Source: Odoribacteraceae bacterium (lineage in GTDB: Bacteria; Bacteroidota; Bacteroidia; Bacteroidales; Marinifilaceae). Taken from it: a DNA stretch of 38,308 nucleotides. Of the stretch, positions 1 through 7,271 are shown piece by piece. The stretch is from assembly GCA_031279175.1 (NCBI GenBank), contig JAITJA010000214.1:1-38308 (forward strand). Reading direction: 5' to 3'. Below the pieces are notes generated by a model. It did no database searches and was not told the origin of the DNA. It was given only the letters and a program-made list of their open reading frames with translations. The first letter of the stretch is position 1, and every line of letters begins with the position of its first letter. The position numbers were made by a program, and so were the translations under genes.

Positions 1-251
1 GGGACATTGAGTCATTGTCCCGGAACATTGAACCATTGTTCCGGAACATTGAGCCATTGTCCCGGAACATTGAGCCATTGTTCCGGAACATTGAACCATT
101 GTTCCGGAACATTGAGCCATTGTTCCGGAACATTGAGCCATTGTTCCGGAACATTGAACCATTGTTCCGGAACATTGAGGCGTTGTCCCGGGAATTTGAA
201 GTAGAAATCCGAGAAGTCTAACCAGAAATCCGGGATCCCGGGACAAGAAAT
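1..251. repeat. Tandem array of 21-bp self-complementary units CCGGAACATTGA[A/G]CCATTGTT. Eight conserved copies lie at 20-187, a truncated copy sits at the window edge (1-19), and decaying copies occupy 188-251.
   Basis: Unit starts read directly at 20, 41, 62, 83, 104, 125, 146 and 167. Each unit is an imperfect hairpin GGAACAtTG-agc-CAtTGTTCC. The unit junction TGTTCCGGAACA is a perfect 12-bp palindrome. There are no unique spacers. Confidence 0.9.
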
Positions 252-451
252 CGAGGAGATCAGCGGTAAGGTCGACGCCTTGAACACGATCGCGAATAAA
301 AGCAACGGTATGATAACAAGAGGCGAAAGAATCGCCGGTTATCGCGAATGCATCGCCGGTGACGACGACGCGTTTGTCACGCGTATGTTGTCTCGCGGCA
401 ACCGCGTTTCGATTTTCTTTTTATTTTCGCGGAGAAATCGAAAAAACAACC

Positions 452-1156
452 ATGACGATGAAAACGAGAATACTGTATTTGTTGCTATTCATGATCCCGT
501 CCGGCGTCACCGCCCAACGCGCGAGGATAGCGTTTGACGAGAAACACCATCAACTGGGGCAAATCGAGGAAGGGAACGGCATCGTGTCGCGCACGTTCAC
601 GTTCACTAACAAGGGAAACGCGCCGGTAATCATCCTTGACGTGGAGAGCTCGTGCGGGTGCACCGTACCGGAATGGAGCGATCACCCGGTATTGCCGGGG
701 AAACCAGGGACAATTACCGTGAACTTTAACCCGGCGAACCTCTCGGGAAAGTTTTCCAAGAAGATCACGATCTATTTCTCGGGAGACGTTACCGCCGACC
801 TGAGGATCTCCGGCGAGGTGATCGCGGACCCGGGAGACATGGAGCGACGCTACCCGGTGAGCGTCGGGGCATTGCGAATGAGCGCGGATACCGTCTTCTT
901 GCACGCGGGAAAACGCTCGCATATCATCCACACGTTTAACGCGGGAAAGAAGAAAATCACGATCACGTCTATCATGAAACCCAATGACGTGACGATCGAT
1001 CAAACACCGGTGCTCCTGCTGCCGGGCTTCCGCGGCGACCTGGTGTTTTTCTACTCGCCAACGACCGGGACGGGGCGCGAGACGGATCGCGTGTTGATCA
1101 CGACGAGCGAGGGCGTGACCGGGATCGTGACCGTGAACAGGATACCGCGCCGTTGA
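452..1156 (+). CDS. DUF1573-family secreted protein (234 aa)
   Basis: The ATG at 452 gives the signal peptide MTMKTRILYLLLFMIPSGVTAQ. The characteristic SSCGCTVPEW...PGKPGTITVNFNP motif of DUF1573 is present. The TGA stop overlaps the mutS2 ATG (ATGA at 1154-1158). Confidence 0.85.
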   Translation: MTMKTRILYLLLFMIPSGVTAQRARIAFDEKHHQLGQIEEGNGIVSRTFTFTNKGNAPVIILDVESSCGCTVPEWSDHPVLPGKPGTITVNFNPANLSGKFSKKITIYFSGDVTADLRISGEVIADPGDMERRYPVSVGALRMSADTVFLHAGKRSHIIHTFNAGKKKITITSIMKPNDVTIDQTPVLLLPGFRGDLVFFYSPTTGTGRETDRVLITTSEGVTGIVTVNRIPRR

Positions 1157-3642
1157 TGCTCTACCCGGGTAATTTCGAGGCCAAAATCAAGTTCGACAAG
1201 ATCAGGCAACTGGTCGCCGGCGAGTGCCTCTGCGAGATGGGACGCGAGCTGGTCGAGAAGATGACTTTCTCGACGAACGAGGAGGTCATCCGGGCCGCCC
1301 AGGAGGAGACGGCCGAGGCCGCGCGCGTCTGTCAAGTGGAGGTCGCGTTCCCCGCGCCGTCATGCCACGACCCGCGGCCCTTGCTGGAACGCGTGCGCGT
1401 GGAAGGGCTCTTCCTGGAAGTAGACGAGCTCGTCGTGCTGAGGAACTCGCTGGACGCCCTGAACGCCGTGCTGCGCTTCTTTAATGACAAGGAAACCAAG
1501 TATCCCCGTCTCGCCGCGCGGGCCAATGCCGTTCGTTTCTTCCCGTATATCCTACAACGCCTGGACAGCGTCCTCTCGAAGAATGGCACGATCAAAGATT
1601 CCGCCTCGCCGGCACTGGCGAATGTCCGGCAGGCTATCGCGAGGAAGCAGGCGGGGATCTCGCGCAAGATGCAGGCGCTGTTGCAGAAGGCGCGGGAGGA
1701 AGGATGGGCCGACAAGGATAACGAGCTCTCCGTGAGAGACGGGCGCGTCGTGATCCCCGTCCCGGCGGCTTTCAAGCGGAAGATCGGCGGCATCGTGCAC
1801 GACGAGTCCGCGACCGGCAAGACCGCCTACATCGAACCAACGGAAATTATCGAGATCAATAACGAGATCAGGGAGTTGCAGGGAGAAGAAAAACGGGAAG
1901 TCACGCGCGTCCTGCGTCAACTGTCCGCCGATATTCGCCCCTACGCCCCCGACCTGTTTCCCTCGTTTGACTTCCTCGCCTTTATCGACTTCGTGCGCGG
2001 GAAGGCACGCTTCGCGCTACGCGTGGACGCGCTCGCCCCGGCATTCAACGACGCTCCCGGCGCGCGATGGCATGGCGCGCGACACCCGCTGCTCTTGCTC
2101 GCGCTGCGCGGGACAGGTCGGGATATCGTCCCGCTCAATCTCGAGATCAACGAGAAACAACGGCTCGTCCTGATCTCGGGGCCAAACGCCGGCGGGAAAT
2201 CAGTGTGCTTGCAGACCGTGGGACTGCTGCAATACATGTTTCAATGCGGGATGCCCGTCCCGGTCGAGGACGATAGCCGCTTCGGTATCTTTAAAAGTAT
2301 CCTGATCGATATCGGCGACGAACAGTCGATCGAGAACGACCTGAGCACGTATAGCTCTCACTTGATTAACATGAGAAATTTCGTTCGCCTCGCCGACGCG
2401 CGCTCGCTGGTGCTCATCGACGAGTTCGGCGCCGGAACCGAGCCCGCCCTGGGAGGCGCTATCGCCGAGGCTATCCTGAACGCCATGAATAAAAAGGATG
2501 TCAAGGGAATTGTCACTACCCACTACGCTAACTTGAAGCATTTCGCCGCTTCCGCCGACGGTATAGTTAACGGGGCCATGCTCTATGACGCCGCGCGCAT
2601 GACCCCCCTCTTCGCGCTGGAAATCGGTAGCCCGGGCTCCTCGTTTGCCTTCGAGATCGCGAGAAAAATCGGTCTGCCAAGGGAAATCCTCGACGAGGCC
2701 GCCGGGAAGGTGGGCGAGGAACGCGTGAATTTCGACAAGCACCTGAAGGAGATTATCCGCGACAAGCATTACTGGGAGGAAAAGAGAAAGAAAATACACC
2801 AGAACGAAAAGCAACTGGAAGAGACGTTGCGCGAGTATCAACACGCGCTGGAAGAGACCGTCAGGCTCAGGAAGGAGGTGCTGAAGGAGGCCAGGGAGAA
2901 GGCCAGGGAGATCGTTCGCGGCGTCAATAGCTCTATCGAGGCAACTATCCGCGAGATCAAGGAGAGCCAGGCCGACAAGGAACGTACCCGAAAAGCGCGG
3001 CAAACCCTCGAGGAGGAGAAGACGCGACTCCTGGAGGTCGATAACGAGGAACTGCTGCTGCTGCAACGCGTCGAGCAACTCAAGAACAGGGAACGACGGA
3101 AGGAGGAACGCGAGAAACAACGCCCCGCGACATCCCGAGCGACAAGATCACGCGAGAAGCAGGAGCGCGCGACGATCAGCAAGGGTGATCGCGTGCTGTT
3201 GGATCATAAAACGGTCTGCGAGGTCGTGAATGTCTCCGCGAAGAATGTCGTCGTCGCGCTCGGGGGATTGCTCGCGACCGTCAAGCCGGAACGCCTGACG
3301 AGGATCGCGAACGCGCGCGCCAACGAAAGCTCGAGAGAAATACCCCGCGCGAATTACTCGAATTATCTCGAGACGGTCGACCGCGCGCGGGCAACTTTCA
3401 AGGCTGAGATCGATATCCGCGGGTCGCGAGGCGACGAGGCGATCCAGCGCCTTGTCGCGTTTATCGACGACGCCGTCATGCTCGACGTGAAGGAGCTGCG
3501 CGTGCTGCACGGTACCGGGACCGGCGCGCTGAAACAAGTCGTCCGCGATTATCTCTCGTCTCATCCCTCCGTCGGCAACATCGAGGACGAACACGTGCAA
3601 CACGGCGGCGCGGGCGTTACCCGCGTCACGCTCGGGATCTAA
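1156..3642 (+). CDS. mutS2: Endonuclease MutS2 (MutS-family ATPase with C-terminal Smr domain)
   Basis: N-terminus is MLYPGNFEAKIKFDKIR. Walker A is GPNAGGKS and Walker B is LIDEFGAGTEP. A long K/E-rich coiled coil follows. The C-terminal Smr motif LRVLHGTGTGALKQVVRDYL is present. The ATG at 1156 is preferred over the TTG at 1153. Confidence 0.95.
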   Translation: MLYPGNFEAKIKFDKIRQLVAGECLCEMGRELVEKMTFSTNEEVIRAAQEETAEAARVCQVEVAFPAPSCHDPRPLLERVRVEGLFLEVDELVVLRNSLDALNAVLRFFNDKETKYPRLAARANAVRFFPYILQRLDSVLSKNGTIKDSASPALANVRQAIARKQAGISRKMQALLQKAREEGWADKDNELSVRDGRVVIPVPAAFKRKIGGIVHDESATGKTAYIEPTEIIEINNEIRELQGEEKREVTRVLRQLSADIRPYAPDLFPSFDFLAFIDFVRGKARFALRVDALAPAFNDAPGARWHGARHPLLLLALRGTGRDIVPLNLEINEKQRLVLISGPNAGGKSVCLQTVGLLQYMFQCGMPVPVEDDSRFGIFKSILIDIGDEQSIENDLSTYSSHLINMRNFVRLADARSLVLIDEFGAGTEPALGGAIAEAILNAMNKKDVKGIVTTHYANLKHFAASADGIVNGAMLYDAARMTPLFALEIGSPGSSFAFEIARKIGLPREILDEAAGKVGEERVNFDKHLKEIIRDKHYWEEKRKKIHQNEKQLEETLREYQHALEETVRLRKEVLKEAREKAREIVRGVNSSIEATIREIKESQADKERTRKARQTLEEEKTRLLEVDNEELLLLQRVEQLKNRERRKEEREKQRPATSRATRSREKQERATISKGDRVLLDHKTVCEVVNVSAKNVVVALGGLLATVKPERLTRIANARANESSREIPRANYSNYLETVDRARATFKAEIDIRGSRGDEAIQRLVAFIDDAVMLDVKELRVLHGTGTGALKQVVRDYLSSHPSVGNIEDEHVQHGGAGVTRVTLGI

Positions 3643-3682
3643 TTCCCTCGTTGAGATTTTCTATACAGCTAATCGCCACCCG

Positions 3683-4105
3683 CGGATTGTTTTCAAGGGA
3701 CGCGGGACGGCTGTCGTCGAGGGTGTCGGGGATCATTGTTGCGAGTACATGACGGGAGGATGTGTCGCGGTGCTTGGCCCCACGGGACGTAATTTTGCCG
3801 CGGGCATGAGTGGCGGGATCGCCTACGCGTGGAATCCAAGGGGGAATTTCGATTATTTCTGTAACATGGAAATGGTGGAGTTGTCGCTGATCGATGACCG
3901 GGCCGACGAGGAGGAACTGCACGACTTGATCATGACGCATTACAGGTATACCGCCAGCCCACTCGCCGGGAAGATACTGGCCGGATGGAAGGTGTTCGTC
4001 GAGCAGTTTATCAAGATTACACCCGTAGAATACAAGAAGGTTCTGGAGTTACAGGCGCTGAAGGCGCTCGAGCAAAAGATCGCTAATATCCAACGGGATT
4101 ATTAA
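3683..4105 (+). pseudogene. gltB: 3'-terminal remnant of the glutamate synthase large subunit (GXGXG/C-terminal domain only, about 140 of about 1500 codons)
   Basis: The frame reads PRIVFKGRGTAVVEGVGDHCCEYMTGGCVAVLGPTGRNFAAGMSGGIAYAWN...CNMEMVEL...ITPVEYKKVLE. This matches the conserved GltB C-terminus (AVVEGVGDHGCEYMTGG..VLG.TGRNFAAGMSGG.AY). Homology begins within about 40 nt of the mutS2 stop. No N-terminal amidotransferase, FMN domain or gltD is present. Confidence 0.75.
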
Positions 4106-4275
4106 CGCGGGAGACGGGAAAGCATCGCGACATTCGCACTTTACGGGCTCTCCCCTACCCCACTGCCGTCGGATAATGAAGCGCGGTGACGCAAGGCTAC
4201 CCCGGGGGTAACGGCGGAATGACTGGTAACGGGAAGAAGGAGGGAATGAGAGAAAAAGAAAGGAGGGAAAAAACG

Positions 4276-4302
4276 ACAAGGGAGGAAATGTTCCTCCCTT
4301 GT
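4276..4302. terminator. Hairpin between the convergent gltB remnant and the OMP gene; likely a bidirectional intrinsic terminator
   Basis: ACAAGGGAGGA (4276-4286), loop AATGT, then TCCTCCCTTGT (4292-4302), giving an 11-bp perfect stem. An A-run lies upstream and TGTCTTGATT lies downstream. Confidence 0.55.
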
Positions 4303-4317
4303 TGTCTTGATTGCTGC

Positions 4318-4851
4318 TTAGAACTTGATAGCGACGCCTATTTCCAACGGGGAGATACCGTAGCCTACCTCAGCAAAGGCGGCAAAGCGGTTGGAGAAGT
4401 AATAACGGGCGCCAATGAATATGGTGGGGAAGAGTCTCAAGCTATGACTGTCATAGGTGCTCGTGCTGTTGTTGCTTACCGACAGGTTTTCGTAAGTGAG
4501 AGAAAGCCCGGCGTACGTGTCCAGGCGATACACGAACTCGTAGTGGAAGATTCCGCGAGCACCAAGGATGACGTGGGAACGCGAAGGCCCGTCATTCTTT
4601 ATCTTGTCCATCGCGTAAGCAAAATAGCCACCAACGCCGATCGCTGCCTTCCCCCGGATGAAGGAATCCAAGATTCCGTACTCCCCGGATAGCACGATAG
4701 GAGGAACAAGCAATCGCCAGGAAGCATCGCCAAGATAGCTCCCGACGCCTACGCCAACATGTCCCACGATATCTTTCTTGAGAAAAGACTCTTGCGCCCT
4801 CGTTGTCATGGTCAATGCGAGGAGGGCCACTACTAAAAATAACTGTTTCAT
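4318..4851 (-). CDS. Small outer-membrane beta-barrel protein (OmpW/porin-like, 177 aa)
   Basis: Signal peptide is MKQLFLVVALLALTMTTRAQ. The sequence has an alternating hydrophobic/aromatic beta-strand pattern with G/Y-rich turns. The C-terminal residue is F (GVAIKF). Confidence 0.75.
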   Translation of the reverse strand: MKQLFLVVALLALTMTTRAQESFLKKDIVGHVGVGVGSYLGDASWRLLVPPIVLSGEYGILDSFIRGKAAIGVGGYFAYAMDKIKNDGPSRSHVILGARGIFHYEFVYRLDTYAGLSLTYENLSVSNNSTSTYDSHSLRLFPTIFIGARYYFSNRFAAFAEVGYGISPLEIGVAIKF

Positions 4852-4917
4852 ACTCTTAATTTATTTATTGTTACACACATAATATTCAACATGTAATATT
4901 CAAGCGCGGGGTGCTTG

Positions 4918-6528
4918 TTATTTATTCTTTCCCGCCGGTTTTTCTTTCAGCAACGCCTCGTAACGCCCGTCCTGCAGTGCCTCGATGGCCACATGGAGGG
5001 AGGTGTTGGTCTGATTCATGATCTTGTAGTACTCGTTGATGTCCCAGAGATCCCGGGCGACCAGCGCCTTTAGAATCCTCTTTAATTCGGGTAACACGAG
5101 CGCGAGCGACTTTTCGTCCTTCTTCACTCCCTGTTCCTCGCCTTTCGCGACAATGTCATGGATCATTCCCGGCGAGACCTCGTATTCTTTCTCGAAACGA
5201 GCGAAGTCGGGATAACATGCGCGCAAGGACTCGCGATCGCGGTCGACATGTAGAAATACCTGATCATGGATAATTCCCTTTGCCATGAGTAGGTTAAGGT
5301 ACTTGTAGTTTAGGGAGGTGTCTAACGGCACGAAAAGGTCGGGAACAATCCCTCCTCCACCGTGTACGACGCGGTGTTGCTTCTTGGTGAAATAGCGGGT
5401 AGTATCGGCGAAGTGGATACTGTCGATGGAGAACATCTCTCCACCGCTATAGCGGTCAAGCAGTTCGGAGCGATAACGGTTAGCTCCCCCCTCGTAAGAT
5501 TTCTGGATATTTCTCCCGGACGGGGTGTAATAGTGTGCGACTGTCAGGCGCACGACAGAGCCGTCCTGCAACGAGAAGGGACGCTGCACCAACCCCTTGC
5601 CGAATGAACGACGACCAACGATAAGACCGCGGTCCCAGTCCTGCACGGCTCCGGCGAGGATCTCGCTGGCCGACGCGGAGGATTCGTTTTGCAGGATAAC
5701 GACCCGCCCGTTTTGGAATATACCGGGAGCGGTAGAATAGAAGGATTCGTTTGTCCTGGCCTCTCTCCCCCTGGTGTACACGATCTGTCGCTGGGCGTCG
5801 AAGAGATGATCCGCCATCTTTATCGCTGCCCCCATGTATCCCCCGTGGTTATCTTGCAGGTCGACGATGAGATCTTTCATTCCTTCTTTTTGTAGCTCTT
5901 TGATGGCTTTCTCGAACTCTTCCACGGTAGTGGCGGCGAAGCGGGTGACGCGGATGTACCCGGTGGATGGAGCGACCATGTAAGCGGCGTCCACGCTGTA
6001 TATCGGTATCATGCCTCGCTTGATATTGAACTCGATGATCTGTCCCGCGCGGATCGCTCCTACCTTCACGAGGGTATTCTCCTCGCCTTTCAGCCGCGCT
6101 CTCACGCTTGCGTTCGTGAGACCAATCCCGATAACATTTTCCCCATCGATGGTCGCGATACGATCTCCCGCGAGCAACCCGACTCGCTCGGAGGGTCCCC
6201 CCGGGATAACATCAACGACAACTAAAGTATCGTTCGAGATGTTAAATTGAATCCCGATCCCGAAGAATCCCCCCTCCAACGGCTCGTTGGCCTCCCGTAC
6301 TTCCTCCCGCGAGAGGTAGACGGAATGCGGGTCAAGTTCTTCCAGCAACCTGATGATGGCGGTAGCGGTTAGTCGCTCCGCGTCCGCGGTATCGACGTGG
6401 AAGCGATCAACGATCTTCAGCAATTGACTGAACTTGATGACCTGTTCGTCGATCTTTCTTTGTGCTATCACACTGTTCCACGCCAGCAAGGTGACCCCAA
6501 GGAGATATATCCATCGCATGTATTTCAT
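4918..6528 (-). CDS. S41-family C-terminal processing (tail-specific) peptidase with PDZ domain
   Basis: PDZ segment is GGPSERVGLLAGDRIATIDGENV. The S41 catalytic region is NESSASASEILAGAVQD...GRRSFGKG. The start is set at the ATG at 6528, giving signal peptide MKYMRWIYLLGVTLLAWNSVIAQ. The ORF-track start at 6612 is probably an upstream extension. Confidence 0.9.
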   Translation of the reverse strand: MKYMRWIYLLGVTLLAWNSVIAQRKIDEQVIKFSQLLKIVDRFHVDTADAERLTATAIIRLLEELDPHSVYLSREEVREANEPLEGGFFGIGIQFNISNDTLVVVDVIPGGPSERVGLLAGDRIATIDGENVIGIGLTNASVRARLKGEENTLVKVGAIRAGQIIEFNIKRGMIPIYSVDAAYMVAPSTGYIRVTRFAATTVEEFEKAIKELQKEGMKDLIVDLQDNHGGYMGAAIKMADHLFDAQRQIVYTRGREARTNESFYSTAPGIFQNGRVVILQNESSASASEILAGAVQDWDRGLIVGRRSFGKGLVQRPFSLQDGSVVRLTVAHYYTPSGRNIQKSYEGGANRYRSELLDRYSGGEMFSIDSIHFADTTRYFTKKQHRVVHGGGGIVPDLFVPLDTSLNYKYLNLLMAKGIIHDQVFLHVDRDRESLRACYPDFARFEKEYEVSPGMIHDIVAKGEEQGVKKDEKSLALVLPELKRILKALVARDLWDINEYYKIMNQTNTSLHVAIEALQDGRYEALLKEKPAGKNK

Positions 6529-6621
6529 TTTTCTCTCGTTGTTTTTACCAGTTACGGGAGCAAATGTAGTCATCTCGCACGGGATTCCGCGTACGTGCTC
6601 CCTTTTTTTCAATCGTACCGG

Positions 6622-7266
6622 CTATTTCGCACGCGAGGCGCTAAGACACCACGGCGAGATTCCACACTCGGCGCACCGGGGAGAACGGGCCGTACAGACG
6701 TACCGACCGTGCAGGATGAACCAGTGGTGAGCCAATGACAGTAGTTCCCGGGGGATTCGCGCGACGAGTTGTCGCTCCACTTCCAGCGGCGTCGTCGCGT
6801 CGCACGTCAGCCCGATCCGGTTCGCGACCCGGAAGACATGCGTGTCCACGGGCATGGCCGCCTCGTTAAACGCGACCGCCCGCATCACGTTAGCCGTCTT
6901 TCGACCAACGCCGGGGAGGGATTGTAATTGATCCATCTCTCGGGGCACCTCGCCACCAAACTCGGCAACGAGTTTCCGCGATAGACCGGAAAGATGCTGC
7001 GCCTTACTGTTCGGGTAAGAGACCGACTTGATATAGTCGAAAATCTCTCCCTCTTCGGCAATTGCCATCGCCGCCGCGTCCGGGAATCGGGCCAGCAGGG
7101 CCGGCGTTACCTGGTTTACGCGCTTGTCCGTACATTGAGCCGAGAGTACAACCGCCACGAGTAGCCCGAAAGGGGTATCGTACTGTAACTCGGAGGATGC
7201 CGTCGGCATATGTTCCTTGAACCAGGCGATCACTCCATCGTAGCGTTCTTGTATTTCCATGTTCAT
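6622..7266 (-). CDS. nth: Endonuclease III (DNA glycosylase/AP lyase)
   Basis: HhH-GPD motif is LPGVGRKTANVM. The C-terminal 4Fe-4S cluster is C-X6-C-X2-C-X5-C (CTARSPRCAECGISPWC). The ATG at 7266 avoids overlap with the upstream ATPase gene; the track start at 7287 is a GTG. Confidence 0.92.
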   Translation of the reverse strand: MNMEIQERYDGVIAWFKEHMPTASSELQYDTPFGLLVAVVLSAQCTDKRVNQVTPALLARFPDAAAMAIAEEGEIFDYIKSVSYPNSKAQHLSGLSRKLVAEFGGEVPREMDQLQSLPGVGRKTANVMRAVAFNEAAMPVDTHVFRVANRIGLTCDATTPLEVERQLVARIPRELLSLAHHWFILHGRYVCTARSPRCAECGISPWCLSASRAK

Positions 7267-7271
7267 CGTTT

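Noticed and set aside
1-251. CRISPR array interpretation of the 21-bp repeats
   Set aside because: The units abut each other with no unique spacers, the unit length of 21 bp is too short, and no cas genes or leader are visible. This is a plain tandem repeat.
7-305. Repeat-peptide ORFs through the array (7-204 +, 15-221 +, 12-305 -)
   Set aside because: Frames on both strands are open only because the DNA is a near-perfect self-complementary repeat. The peptides are low-complexity heptads. Coding cannot be fully excluded for a gene entering from upstream of the window, but the dyad symmetry argues for a nucleic-acid-level element.
407-443. Inverted repeat TTTCGATTT (407-415) / AAATCGAAA (435-443) just upstream of the DUF1573 ATG
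   Set aside because: The stem is an AT-rich 9 bp with a 19-nt loop, so predicted stability is weak. I have no comparative support, so it is not reported as a feature.
3749-4105. Treating ORF 3749-4105 as an intact small gene
   Set aside because: The sequence is the last roughly 120-140 residues of a roughly 1500-aa GltB, and homology continues upstream of the ATG. It is called a remnant or pseudogene instead.
4880-4903. Direct repeat TAATATTCAA (4880-4889 and 4894-4903) upstream of the small OMP gene
   Set aside because: It is a short AT-rich duplication in a promoter-type region. That is too little information to distinguish it from chance.
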